A DNA stretch of 48,016 bases, taken from Demequina sp. GTDB taxonomy: Bacteria; Actinomycetota; Actinomycetes; Actinomycetales; Demequinaceae. The notes under the pieces are model-generated. The model saw nothing but the letters and a program-made list of their open reading frames with translations, was not told the origin of the DNA and did no database searches. Both the position numbers and the translations under genes were made by a program. The stretch is taken from contig JBKBNW010000001.1 in NCBI GenBank assembly GCA_046295115.1, forward strand, positions 1 to 48,016, written 5' to 3'. Shown here in pieces: positions 1 through 10,073 of this stretch (position 1 is the first letter of the stretch; every line of letters starts with the position of its first letter).

Positions 1-77
1 CCCCAACAGACTCCCACTCTGACCACCCGGCAGAGGGGCTAACCGACCGGCCCTTACACAGAAAACTTGACACGCCC
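1..77 (+). mobile_element. IS256-family element, right end (last transposase codons plus terminal IR)
   Basis: 2-22 reads P-N-R-L-P-L-stop, then ...CCTTACACAGAAAACTTGACACGCCC, an IS256-type end. The adjacent dehydrogenase homology stops at base ~78. Confidence 0.7.
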
Positions 78-825
78 GCGGACCGTCGTCAATGGCGACA
101 ATATGCCCGAACGCTCGAACGATCCGCGCATAGGTTTCGATCTGCCCCGCGGAATGCGCGGTGAACAGCCAGTCCACGCCATCCTGCGCGACGGCGAGCA
201 CCTGCTCAGCCAGGTCGTCGCGGTGGTTCACCACATGCTCCGCGCCCAGGTTGCGCACCCAGGCGGAGCGTTCATCGTCGGAGGCGGTGGCGATCACGGT
301 GACGTTCGGCAGGAGCGCGTCGGCCAGTGCCAGCATGATCGATCCGACTCCGCCGGTCGCGCCGATCACCAGCAGGGTGCCGGTCGAGTCCTCGGTAAGG
401 GCGAGCCGCTCGAACAGGGTCTCCCAGGCGGTGATCGCCGTCAGCGGCAGCGCAGCAGCGTCGGCAAACGACAGCACCTGCGGCTTGCGCCCCGTAATCC
501 GCTCATCCACAACATGCAGGCGCTGGTTCGTACCTGGCCGGTCGATGCTGCCCGCGTAGTACACCTCGTCACCCGGAGCGAACAGCGTCACCGCTGAGCC
601 GACCTCGCGCACCGTACCGGCGGCGTCGAAGCCGAGCACCTTGAACCCGTTCGCAGGAGCGCCTTCCCGCAGTTTCACATCGACCGGGTTCACCGAGACC
701 GCCTCGACCTCGACCAACAAGTCATGCGGTCCAAGTTCGGGCACCTCGACCTCGCGGGCGGTCAGCGCCTCGGGGTCGGTGGCGGGGAGGTTCTTCTCGT
801 ATCCGATCGCAGTCGTAGCCGTCAT
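78..825 (-). pseudogene. Zinc-type alcohol dehydrogenase-like/quinone oxidoreductase, 3'-truncated by the IS256 end
   Basis: Hand translation from ATG 825: MTATTAIGYEKNLP...VSVNPVDVK...GFDAAGTV...AAALPLTAITAWE...IGATGGVGS...IVAIDDGPR, then runs into IS sequence. Confidence 0.85.
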
Positions 826-896
826 GCCAATTATGGTTCCCCAGACCTACTGGTTACCGTCAAGGCAACCTAGTACCCATCGGATACCATGAACGT

Positions 897-1247
897 ATGA
901 GTCAGACCGTGGATGAGTGCGACCGGAACGACGTGTACGCGGCCATGTGTCCGTGCCGCGACATGCTCGACCTGCTCGCCAACAAGTGGAGCGCCCTGGC
1001 CATCGGTGCGCTCGAAGACGGGCCGCAACGCAACGGGCAACTCAAACGACGCTTGGAAGGCGTCAGCCCCAAGGTGCTGTCCCAGACCCTCAAGCGTCTC
1101 GAAGACCACGGCCTGCTCACTCGCACCGTCTACCCCGAGGTTCCCGCTCGCGTGGAGTACGAACTTACTGACCTCGGACACAGCGCAGCCGCCCCGTTGA
1201 AGCATCTGCGCGACTGGGTTGAACACAACGTCGGAACCGACCAGTAG
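897..1247 (+). CDS. HxlR-family winged-helix regulator
   Basis: CPCRDMLDLLANKW...GVSPKVLSQTLKRLE...VPARVEYELT. Divergent from the oxidoreductase, with an imperfect IR at 848-875 between them. Confidence 0.92.
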   Translation: MSQTVDECDRNDVYAAMCPCRDMLDLLANKWSALAIGALEDGPQRNGQLKRRLEGVSPKVLSQTLKRLEDHGLLTRTVYPEVPARVEYELTDLGHSAAAPLKHLRDWVEHNVGTDQ

Positions 1248-1261
1248 CGACCCCCTCGGCG

Positions 1262-1405
1262 CTACATCGAGCCAGGAGTCCCGGCCTCCGCGTAATACCG
1301 CGTCAACACAGACGAGGCGTCGCGGTCGCCGTCACCGGACACGACAGAGTTCAGCAGGTACCGGTACCCGTCACCGGTCGTCATCACCCTAATTGATAAC
1401 GTCAC
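1262..1405 (-). pseudogene. MOBF (TrwC-type) relaxase 3, N-terminal fragment
   Basis: Below the ORF-track cut-off. Hand translation: (V/M)TLSIRVMTTGDGYRYLLNSVVSGDGDRDASSVLTRYYAEAGTP-GSM*, which includes the catalytic YY motif. Confidence 0.85.
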
Positions 1406-2284
1406 ACCTAGAAGGTGCGAAGTAACCGACGCGCGAGCACAGGAGCGCTTCTGTCATTTCGAAGGCGAGACTTCGCGCGATTGGGATTCGCCGGGCCATC
1501 CTTCTTCTCTTTCGTCGAACGTCACCGCAACACCGTGTCGCTGGGGTTCGTGAAATCTTCTTCCGGAAGCGAAACCCAGGTACTGCGCCATGAGGAACTC
1601 GCCGCAGCGATGCACAGGCGTTCGACAGTTCGGTCGCACGAACCGATCGTTTGTTAACGGACGGCACTGTACGTCGATCGAAAGTCGCGCCGACACCCCC
1701 TGCGAATTCGCGTCGCGGGATAGTTTGCCAGGATCCGGCGATCAGCGTGGTGCGCATCAAGGAGGTGCGCAGCGGCCTCAGCACGAGGAGCCTGCCCGCG
1801 AGGCCGACCACCCCGCCCCTAGGAACGGTAGGAGTGCGACGTCGGGGCGAGCTGGGGGCCACCCCCCGAGACCGAAAGTAGCACCGCAGCGACGATAAGC
1901 GCCACGCCAACCAGGGTGGTCGTCAGCTCCCCGACCAACGAACCGATCCATCCGCGTTCCTGGAGGTCTCGGAACATCCTTATGCTCAGCCCGAACGTTC
2001 CGTTCGAGCTGCGAACCGATCGTCTCGATGCGTCGTGGCAGACGCCTCAGCTGTCCACCGATGACCTGGAGTTGCACGCGGCCGTCGGCGAACATCTCCC
2101 TTGAGTCCATCGCCAGACGTATGAAATGAGGAGTTCGAGCAAGGGCCCGATCGACCAAGTCGTAGTCGGCAACGAGCTGGCACAGCGTTCCCTCGAGTGA
2201 CACGAAGGAAACGACTGGCGTTCTCCTCCGCTGTTGGGGACGTCGGGTCGGCTGAAATAATGGCCGGGACGATACGGTGGCGAG

Positions 2285-3199
2285 TCAGAGCGCCGTGATC
2301 CACCGCGCGATCTCGTCAGCGAGCTCGTCGCTATTGTCTTCGACCATCAGCATGTGGCCGTTCCCAGCGAGAACAGGCAGTTCGGACGACCAGAAGGTGA
2401 CGGCGGCGCCCTGATCGGTGAGCCAGGCCACGATGTCCTGATCCAGCTGCGAGGGGTGGTCGGTATCGGCTCCACCCGTGAAGACGAGAATCGGCTTGTT
2501 CGTGAACGCGTCGGTCGGCCCGATCCTCATTTGGCTCCCACCGATGTTCTGACGCTGATAAAGCATCCGGGCCGGGATCGGCCGAAGGGTGCGGCGGAAC
2601 ACCTCGATGCACTCGCGGGGGAACCGCCGGCTGGGTCCGATGGCCTTGTCGTTCACGAAGGCGCTTGTGGGTTCCCAGAAACCCATCTTCGGGATGGTCC
2701 AGTCGATGGCCGCTCCACGGATGGAGACCTCCTGGTCGGACTCCCTCACGATCTCGGGCACCGCCTGTACATTTCCAGGCGGGCCCGGAGCGACGGCTAC
2801 GAGCCCGTCGATGAGATCGCCATGCGTCTCTAGGAGGCGGAAGCCAATCGGACCTGCCATCGAGTGCACGACCAGCACGACGTTCCGGCCGAGACCAGAG
2901 AGGAACACGCCCATCCCTCGGCACACGCTCTCATAGTCCAGCCGCGCAGACGCCGCACGATCATCGACGTGTTGGGCCGCCTCATAGGACAACCCCAGCC
3001 AGTCCACCACCAGCACACCGTAGCCAAGCGATACCAATCGTGCCGCCCAGCCCTGTCGGCCGTCGGGCGTCTCGAGATAGCACTCCTTCGAGACACCACC
3101 CCCGTGCACGAGGACGATCCACCGAGCAGGCGCACCCGACGGCGCCAGTTCGGTGTACGAGATCGGCGCGACGTCGTCTGGGCGTGAAATCGAATCCAT
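2285..3199 (-). CDS. Alpha/beta hydrolase, 304 aa; candidate monoalkyl-phthalate esterase
   Basis: VHGGG oxyanion motif, atypical nucleophile elbow V-H-S-M-A, C-terminal GNGH. ATG 3199 chosen as start. Substrate inferred from context. Confidence 0.85.
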   Translation of the reverse strand: MDSISRPDDVAPISYTELAPSGAPARWIVLVHGGGVSKECYLETPDGRQGWAARLVSLGYGVLVVDWLGLSYEAAQHVDDRAASARLDYESVCRGMGVFLSGLGRNVVLVVHSMAGPIGFRLLETHGDLIDGLVAVAPGPPGNVQAVPEIVRESDQEVSIRGAAIDWTIPKMGFWEPTSAFVNDKAIGPSRRFPRECIEVFRRTLRPIPARMLYQRQNIGGSQMRIGPTDAFTNKPILVFTGGADTDHPSQLDQDIVAWLTDQGAAVTFWSSELPVLAGNGHMLMVEDNSDELADEIARWITAL

Positions 3200-3215
3200 A
3201 GCTTCCCCAGGCCTG

Positions 3216-3938
3216 TTAGGCAATGACGGCGTCGAGGGCCCGTGCGAGCCTCTCCGGATGCGTGAGCATCACCAAATGGCTTCCGTCGATCTCGATCGTG
3301 CGCGGACTATCAAGCCGCCCGGCCGCGGCCTGGTAGATCTCAGCGGGAACGGCCTGGTCCTGAGCGAGGAACACATAACTTGACGGGATGCTGCTCGCCC
3401 AGAACTGGTCGAGGCGGATCGGCTCATAGGACCAGCCTGCCGGCGTTGGGACGAGCCTCGGCTCGAGCGCGGCGAGCTGCTGCTGCTCGAACGGGGACAT
3501 GTCCTGCATAGACGCGGCCCAGAGCTCAGGCGGCATGATGATGGTGTTGTCGTCGGACTGACTCGCAAGCGCCTTCATCGCTGCGACCAACGGATCGGGG
3601 AGCACGTCGTTAATGGTCTCGCCGTCGCGCAGCACCCAGGCGTCGACGAAGACGACCCGGCCGATGCGCTCGGGCATCGCCTCAGCGACGAGTTGGATGA
3701 GCGGACCTCCGCCGCTATGACCGACGAGCACGATGTCGAGCTGGGTGAGCTCTCTTACCTGATCGATCAGATCGCGCGCCATCATGCTCATCGTGACGCC
3801 GGAGCGGTCCACGTCACCGTCTTCGAGACCGCGCAGCGTCGGCGCGATCACCTCGTGCCCCATTCTGCGCAATTCGTCGGCGACGCCGTCCCACGCCCAG
3901 CCGCCTACCCATCCGCCGTGCACCAGTACGATCTGCAT
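3216..3938 (-). CDS. Alpha/beta hydrolase, 240 aa; candidate dialkyl-phthalate esterase
   Basis: LVHGGW, GHSGG, D (AQDQAV), H (GSHL). RBS GAGG upstream. Co-oriented with the second esterase. Confidence 0.88.
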   Translation of the reverse strand: MQIVLVHGGWVGGWAWDGVADELRRMGHEVIAPTLRGLEDGDVDRSGVTMSMMARDLIDQVRELTQLDIVLVGHSGGGPLIQLVAEAMPERIGRVVFVDAWVLRDGETINDVLPDPLVAAMKALASQSDDNTIIMPPELWAASMQDMSPFEQQQLAALEPRLVPTPAGWSYEPIRLDQFWASSIPSSYVFLAQDQAVPAEIYQAAAGRLDSPRTIEIDGSHLVMLTHPERLARALDAVIA

Positions 3939-3961
3939 TGATCATCCTCTTCGCATATTTA

Positions 3962-3974
3962 TCTGCTGAGCAGA
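3962..3974. promoter_or_regulatory. Candidate IclR-type operator upstream of the esterase pair
   Basis: Palindrome TCTGC-TGA-GCAGA 24-36 nt upstream of ATG 3938. Same 5-3-5 geometry as the box at 46048. Confidence 0.5.
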
Positions 3975-4099
3975 ACTTGTTCCTAACTAGAAGACACAAT
4001 AGCTTGCGCGGCGCCAACAGTCCAGCATGGCTCGAGCTCTCTTCAGAACGCGCCGAACGACCCCTGCACCAGGTCGCAGGGGAAAGAGACGACGAGCCT

Positions 4100-4490
4100 T
4101 CAGGAGGTCAGGTCGGCCAGACGTACGGCTGCCTCATCGAGGAGTGCGACGAGGGTCTTCACCTTGCGGGGAGGCAAGCGGAACACCGGGGCAGATGCGT
4201 TGATCGCCAACCGCAGCCCGCTCGCCGAGGGAACGGCCACGGCCACCGAGGCCACGCCCTCCTCGCTCTCCTCCCGGTTCGTTGCATAGCCCTGCTTCGC
4301 GACAAGATCCAGTTGTGCGAGGAGCTCGGTCTTGGTACGGATCGACTGCGGAGTCACCTGTGAGAGTTGCTCGTCGGGGTAGAGACGGTCCAATTGTTCT
4401 CGCGGGAGCTGCGCCAGGAGAACCTTTCCCGTGGAGGTGCAATGGGCCGGCATCTCCTTGCCCAACCGTGAAGCGACTCGCACCGCCGTC
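4100..4490 (-). pseudogene. IclR regulator (phtR-like), C-terminal half only
   Basis: AVRVASRLGKEMPAHCTSTGKVLL...EESEEGVASVAV aligns by eye with 42939-43739. The HTH is absent. Confidence 0.85.
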
Positions 4491-4496
4491 GTCGGT

Positions 4497-4880
4497 TCCG
4501 CGACCGGGGTCGTGCCCGACGTGAACCAGATCCAGCTCAGCCCCGACATCGCCCGTACCGTTCCTCGACGCGCGCACGAGGTGCTCGGTATCGTGACCGA
4601 GAGCTGGAGCCCGCTCGGCCGCGGGCCCGAGCTGCGGGAGAACCCGACGATCGTGCAGATCGCGGCGGACGTCGGACGAACGGCGGCACAGGTGGTGCTC
4701 CGCTGGCACGTGCAGCAGGGCCTCGTGCCGGTGCCGAGATCGTCAGACCCCAAACGCCTGGTCGAGAACCTCTCGGTCTTCGACTTCCGCCTTAGCACCG
4801 ACCAGATGGCCACGCTTGCGTCCCTCGACAACGGCGAAGCCGCCGCGCGGGACTCTGACCTGCCCGAGAACGGTCATTAG
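4497..4880 (+). pseudogene. Aldo/keto reductase (phtB-like), C-terminal half only
   Basis: ATGVVPDVNQIQLSPD...AARDSDLPENGH is closely similar to the C-terminus of 37291-38157. Confidence 0.88.
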
Positions 4881-4917
4881 TCCACCAAGAACACCAAAAT
4901 CGTCACCGATCTGGTAA

Positions 4918-5109
<192 letters not shown>

Positions 5110-5302
5110 TGATGGCTCGAACGTAGGCGCGATCTGCCTTGCTCGCCTCACCTTCGGCTCGCTCGACAGCCGCGTCCAAACCATCGCGAAGTCGCGTGCA
5201 CTGCAGATGGCGGCGAGGGAGAGAGTAAGTTCTGCAGTGTGCCCGATCGGGAACAGGGGGTGGGCTTTAGTACCCCTGCCCGAATTCGCGAAGTCTGGGC
5301 CA

Positions 5303-5458
5303 CAGATCGCCGCCGACGACGCCGAAGACCCCTACGTCCGCCAGCATGCCGCCGAAGCCCTGCTTGAGATCAACGAAGACCGGAAAGTCAACGGCCGCTA
5401 CCTCGCCGTCAAGACCCGACAGAACCTCGCCCGCCTCACCGACTTCGCCGAACACACC
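5303..5458 (+). pseudogene. Gene fragment, possibly from an ICE-type ParB-like protein
   Basis: QIAADDAEDPYVRQHAAEALLEINEDRKVNGRYLAVK with coding-like GC3 bias. Family assignment is a weak recollection. Confidence 0.3.
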
Positions 5459-5459
5459 C

Positions 5460-5731
5460 GTCGGTTTCCCTGCCTCTTCCGCCTCGATCAACGCCACCTG
5501 TGCACCCCTATCAGCGGGAGCGAGGGTCTCGGGAAGCTTCTCAAGCCGACGGGCAACTCGCTCGGCAGTGCTTGCGAATCGGCGGTACGGACGACCCAAC
5601 TGTTCGCTCGTGTTGGGGTCCTGGCCGTGCCCCATGAGACGGCGGAGCTGCTCCTCGCTGACCTCACCACCGGGTTCGACGGCGCCAGAAATGTACGCGA
5701 GACCCGATCCGAGCCATGAGCCCGGCGGCGT
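5460..5731 (-). pseudogene. MOBF relaxase 3, second fragment (continues 1262-1405)
   Basis: Hand translation TPPGSWLGSGLAYISGAVEPGGEVSEEQLRRLMGHGQDPNTSEQLGRPY...EAEEAGKPT. Confidence 0.85.
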
Positions 5732-5736
5732 GCTGT

Positions 5737-6054
5737 TCAGTCGTTCAGCCGGTGGAGCCAGTAGCCGGGTTCGCGGCGCTCGTGGGCGTAGGCGAGGATC
5801 AGGATCGTGTCCGGCTCCACCGTGTAGACGATGCGGTACGGGTATCCGCGAACGGCCTTGCTGCGGATCACGGTGCCATCGTCAGCGGTCGTGAATGGTG
5901 GGGCGGCGTTCGGCCATTGGTCGAGGTCTTTCCGGGCTTGCCTTGCTCGGTCGATGAGCGCAAGGCCGATCCCTGGCTCCTGGTCTTCGTACCAGCGCAC
6001 GGCGGCGTCGAACTCCGCGACGGCCTCGGGGTGCTCTCGCTGGGCCAAGGTCAT
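5737..6054 (-). CDS. RelE/ParE-family type II toxin
   Basis: HPEAVAEFDAAVRWYE...YPYRIVY...ILAYAHERREPGYW. 4-nt overlap with the antitoxin. Confidence 0.9.
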   Translation of the reverse strand: MTLAQREHPEAVAEFDAAVRWYEDQEPGIGLALIDRARQARKDLDQWPNAAPPFTTADDGTVIRSKAVRGYPYRIVYTVEPDTILILAYAHERREPGYWLHRLND

Positions 6055-6287
6055 GCGGTGAGCAAGGCGCGCAAACGCTCGTAGTGCTCGTCGGCATCCA
6101 CCAGATCGACCGCACCCTCACGCACCTCGGCCAGTCGCCGGGTAGCCTCGGCACGCCAGGCTGCATCGACCTCGCTCTCGTCGTCTGCATCATGGAGGCT
6201 TTCGAGCAGGGCGTTAGCGACGACCGCGCGCTGATCGGCGTCGAGCGCGAGGCCGTCTCGGATCAGAGTTGCGGTGTCGGGTGTCAT
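6051..6287 (-). CDS. Addiction-module antitoxin
   Basis: LALDADQRAVVANALLESL...VDAAWRAEATRRLAEVREG, directly upstream of the toxin. Confidence 0.88.
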   Translation of the reverse strand: MTPDTATLIRDGLALDADQRAVVANALLESLHDADDESEVDAAWRAEATRRLAEVREGAVDLVDADEHYERLRALLTA

Positions 6288-6390
6288 GTATTCAAGTGTA
6301 CGTCGAACGGCCGACAATCGCGCTGGGCGTCTGTGGCTCGGGTTGCGGGGCTGCTGTGAACGTCACGCCGACGCGACGTGCTGCTGATGC

Positions 6391-9300
6391 TCATAGGCCG
6401 CGTGCTGGCCCGTCATGTCGCGGGTCGTTGCGCCGCGGGTCGCGTTCGGTCGGCTCGCGGAGTTGCCGTTCGCGTTCGGCGAGTGCTTGCTGCCTTGCTT
6501 CGTGCTCGGCGCGGGTGGTTTCGATCCGTGCGGCGGCGTCGCGGATCGGTAGCGCGCGGAGGTAGTCGGCCTCGGCTCGGAGCGCGGTGGCTTGCTGGTG
6601 CGCCTGTCCTGCTTGCTGTGCTGGGTTCGGCAGTCGCATCCCGACCCGGTGGCGCATCACCGCCTGCGGCCCGTACTCGCTGACCAGCAACGCCCGGCGT
6701 TCCTGCTCGTGCCGCTGCCGCAACTCGTCACGGTCGGCTCGCGCGGCCTCGACGTGCTGGGCGGCGTCGATCACGCGGGGATCGGCCTCGGCGCGACGCT
6801 CGGCCTGTCGTGCCGCCCACTCGGGCAGGGTGTCGGTGGTGCGGGGTGGTTCGCCCCATGTTTCGCGCACCCGTGCCCGAACCGTCCGGGTGTGCTCGCT
6901 CGTCTGGCGGTGCTCCGCGCGGGCCTTGCGCCTGCCGAGCCTGCCGACGGTGGCGAGTCGGCTGCTTGCGGCGGCCTCGCGCTCGACAGCATCGAGATAG
7001 GTGGTGCCGTCTGCCTCGGCCTGCACCGTCAACGGTTCCGCGATTTCGGCACGGATGCGCGCCGCCTCGTCCTCGGCGTGGCGGAGCACGTCGGCGTGCT
7101 CGTCGTCCTCGGTCTTGTGTGTTGCGCGCTGGGCGTCGAACCTGGCAGCGGTCTGCTCCCAGCGTTCCGCCGCACGTTCGGCTCGTTCGGCTTCGGCGGT
7201 GAGGCGGGCGAGTTCTTCGGTGATGAGCTGCACGGGGCCATCGCTGACGAGGCCTTGCACGGCGTCGATGGCTTGGGCGGTGGCGTGGTCGAGGCCACGG
7301 TCTGCCGGGTCGCGTTCCATCGCCTCAACGAACCGCGCCCGCGCATCCGCCATATCAGCGGCGACGACGTGGAGTTGGTTCTGTTGGCGGCCTCTCGTCA
7401 TGCCGACGTAGACGCCTGCCGCGCTCGTCGCCTCCGACAAGGCCGTGTGGGAGGCATCGACGGTTGCGCCTTGGACGCCGTAGGCGGTCGCGGCATACGA
7501 CAGGTGCGCCCACTCGCTCACGTACTCGGCGGGGAGGGCGACGGTGCGGCTGTGCTTGCCTCCGCCGCTGACTTCGCGGGCGTAGACGCTGCCCTCGTCG
7601 GTCACATGCTGCACGATCCATTGCTGCCGGTTTGCCACGCCGAGGTCGCTGCTGTTCTTCCGGGTCTGGATCAGGTCGCCAGCGCCGATGCTCAGCCCGT
7701 CGCTGCCGGTCGTCGTCATAGTGTCGTCGACCTCGCCGCGCTCGACCCGCCCGGCGCGGATGTGCTCGTTCAGCTCGGTGGCCTCGTCGTTGGTGGCGAC
7801 GGTGATCGCTTCGCCGTCGTGGGCGTGGGCGGTGATGTGCTCGCGGGCCGCTTCCTCGTCGGCATGCAAGGTCACGAGGCCCATCGTGGCGAGTCGGTCG
7901 AACACGTCGCCGGGGTGCTCCCGGTCACGCATGACCAACGTCAACGCCGCATACTCGGCATCGGTGAACCTGTGGAGTTCGGTCATGTCGTAGGTACGGC
8001 CACGAATCTGGGCGGCCATGTCGAGCACCCCGCCGCGCCCGACCGCCGGGAGCTGCGCCCGGTCGCCCACGAACGCGACCGACGCGCCTGCCTCGGCGGT
8101 GACGGTCAGCAGAGCGAGGGCGGTGTCCTGGTCGAGCATCCCCGCTTCGTCCACGATCACCCGCTCACCCCGCGACAGCACGGCGTCGTTTGGTGGGCCG
8201 GTGTAGATGTTCCCGGTTGCAGGGTCGGTGTCGCCGGGTGCGAGGCGTGTCCATACGCCGTCCTCGTTCCACCGCCACCCATGCGCATACACGAGCGCCG
8301 CGACGGAGGTTGCGGGCACGCCGAGTTCTTCGTGGGCGACCTGCGCCGCACGCAACGTCGGCGCAACCACCCGCGAGGATCGCCCGTGCTCGGCTGCAAC
8401 CTCGATGGCGACGCCGAGCATGGTGGTCTTGCCTGCGCCCGCCGCGCCCTCGACAATCACGAGCGGGTTGGTCGAGGCGACGGCAGCGGCGGCCACGGTC
8501 TGCCCGGTGTCGAGTCCGGCGGCTTGCGCAGCGTCGGTCACGTCGGGGTGCTTCGGCTCCCGTTCCGGCGTCGCGGCGGTGAGTTGGTCGCGGAGTGCGG
8601 TCTCGGCGGCGACGACGCCAAGGCTGGTGAGGTGGGCGACGTGCTCGGGTTGCACCATGCCCGGCGGCAGCACCGAGAAACAATCCGAGGCGGCGAGTCC
8701 GGTGGCGAGGTCGATGAACTCGCGCAACTCCGCCGGGGTCGCTTGCACGCCTGCCTCGGTGGTGATGCGGGTGACGTGCTCTCGCACGGTGTGCGGTGTC
8801 CAGGTCGATGCAGCCGCCGCGCAGCGATCCAGCGCACGACTGGCGACCTGTTGCACGCTGAGGTCATCCAGCGATGCCGGCGCAACGGTGTCGGGGTGCT
8901 GCAAGCTCTCGGGGTGGTAGCCGGCGTCTCGGAGTTCCTGCTGCCACCACTGCTCGTTCTTCAAGTCCGCCGGTTTCTTGCCGGGCCGCTGGAACGCCCA
9001 CGCCGCGTCCTGCATCCGAGCGGTCAACACCGGGCCGGGCGTCTCGCCGGGATGCTTCGCTTGCCACTCGGCCTCCATGCGTTCCAGGTTGCGTCTGATC
9101 TGCGCCGACCGCTTCGACATGACGGCGTTGAACGGCTCCAACTCCACAACCTCACCGCTTACGGGGTCGAGGGTCAGGCCATGCTCGGAGAGCGTGGCGG
9201 CGAGCTGGGGGTGCGCGGCGATCACCGCCGTACCGAGAGCACGGATCGCGCCCTGCTGCTGGAACAACGCCGCCGTGGTCAGCGCCCGCCACTTCCCGCC

Positions 9301-9846
9301 CGCCCACACCCTCGTGCCAATCTGGAAATGGATATGCCGGTGCGGATCACCCGCACGACTCGTCTTGTGCGTGATCGCGACGGTCTGCATGTGCTCGACC
9401 GGCAGCACCTCCTGCGCGCCGCGCGGCCCCGCCAACGTGACCGAATGCTGACCAAGGAAGTGCTGAATCTCCCGCGCCGCATCCCGCTGCGTCGCGTCCA
9501 ACGCCTCGGACACGTCCGGGTGGAGTGCGGCGGCGACCGACAGGCTCTTCGGCGCGTTGATCGTCATCTCCGCGAACAACGGCGACCCCCGACGCACCTT
9601 GCCCGGCTTGCGCGGGGTACCCATCGACTCCCCGGTGTCCGGGTTCACCCAATCGACCCAGGCTTCGTACTCATCCGCCGACAGCGACCGAGCAGCGGTG
9701 ACCTCGCCGGTCGCGTCGATCACGGCGTACTCGGCCACGGCCTGGTCTGCGCCGAGGTAGTACTCGTCAGCGCGGGAGCGGTCGGCCTCGACATAGGCGC
9801 GCGCGGCAGCACCGCTGCCGTGGAACAGCTTCACTCCACCCTTCAC
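6391..9846 (-). CDS. MOBF relaxase-helicase 1, intact, ~1151 aa
   Basis: GTG 9846 with GGAGG RBS, DEYY, HKTSRAGDPHRHIH (HUH), Walker A GAAGAGKT, VDEAGM, YAATAYGVQGATVD, coiled-coil tail. Confidence 0.93.
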   Translation of the reverse strand: MKGGVKLFHGSGAAARAYVEADRSRADEYYLGADQAVAEYAVIDATGEVTAARSLSADEYEAWVDWVNPDTGESMGTPRKPGKVRRGSPLFAEMTINAPKSLSVAAALHPDVSEALDATQRDAAREIQHFLGQHSVTLAGPRGAQEVLPVEHMQTVAITHKTSRAGDPHRHIHFQIGTRVWAGGKWRALTTAALFQQQGAIRALGTAVIAAHPQLAATLSEHGLTLDPVSGEVVELEPFNAVMSKRSAQIRRNLERMEAEWQAKHPGETPGPVLTARMQDAAWAFQRPGKKPADLKNEQWWQQELRDAGYHPESLQHPDTVAPASLDDLSVQQVASRALDRCAAAASTWTPHTVREHVTRITTEAGVQATPAELREFIDLATGLAASDCFSVLPPGMVQPEHVAHLTSLGVVAAETALRDQLTAATPEREPKHPDVTDAAQAAGLDTGQTVAAAAVASTNPLVIVEGAAGAGKTTMLGVAIEVAAEHGRSSRVVAPTLRAAQVAHEELGVPATSVAALVYAHGWRWNEDGVWTRLAPGDTDPATGNIYTGPPNDAVLSRGERVIVDEAGMLDQDTALALLTVTAEAGASVAFVGDRAQLPAVGRGGVLDMAAQIRGRTYDMTELHRFTDAEYAALTLVMRDREHPGDVFDRLATMGLVTLHADEEAAREHITAHAHDGEAITVATNDEATELNEHIRAGRVERGEVDDTMTTTGSDGLSIGAGDLIQTRKNSSDLGVANRQQWIVQHVTDEGSVYAREVSGGGKHSRTVALPAEYVSEWAHLSYAATAYGVQGATVDASHTALSEATSAAGVYVGMTRGRQQNQLHVVAADMADARARFVEAMERDPADRGLDHATAQAIDAVQGLVSDGPVQLITEELARLTAEAERAERAAERWEQTAARFDAQRATHKTEDDEHADVLRHAEDEAARIRAEIAEPLTVQAEADGTTYLDAVEREAAASSRLATVGRLGRRKARAEHRQTSEHTRTVRARVRETWGEPPRTTDTLPEWAARQAERRAEADPRVIDAAQHVEAARADRDELRQRHEQERRALLVSEYGPQAVMRHRVGMRLPNPAQQAGQAHQQATALRAEADYLRALPIRDAAARIETTRAEHEARQQALAERERQLREPTERDPRRNDPRHDGPARGL

Positions 9847-9856
9847 TCTGGCCTCC

Positions 9857-10069
9857 CTCACGAGTCGTCTCGTGAGAGAGGTGCGCACTACGGCCCCGCC
9901 GTAAAATACGTGCCTCACTGAGATAGGGGGCAGATGACTGATGGAGCCGAGCGTCAGCGCGAGAGCGTCGCACAGAGTGTCGCTGGCAAGAGTTGGCGTC
10001 ACAAAGTTCGAGGGAACTTTCGGAGTTCGGTTCGATGAAGTGACTAGTCTTCTCGGCGAACTTCGTGAC
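9857..10069. promoter_or_regulatory. Candidate oriT region of relaxase 1
   Basis: Hairpins CTCACGAG-TCGT-CTCGTGAG (9857-9876) and TACGGC-CCC-GCCGTA (9889-9903), and a 13-bp IR 9998-10010/10057-10069 with 1 mismatch. Confidence 0.5.
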
Positions 10070-10073
10070 CTGA

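Noticed and set aside
1415-2280. Several overlapping ORFs between the relaxase-3 start and the esterases
   Set aside because: No motif, RBS or convincing codon bias. Probably an oriT region plus decayed DNA.
4100-4831. 243-aa ORF as a full-length IclR
   Set aside because: Its N-terminal half is the antisense of the AKR fragment, so it is a chimera across a deletion junction.
6592-9921. 1109-aa plus-strand ORF and many similar long antisense ORFs
   Set aside because: Shadow frames of real high-GC genes, with no recognisable motifs.
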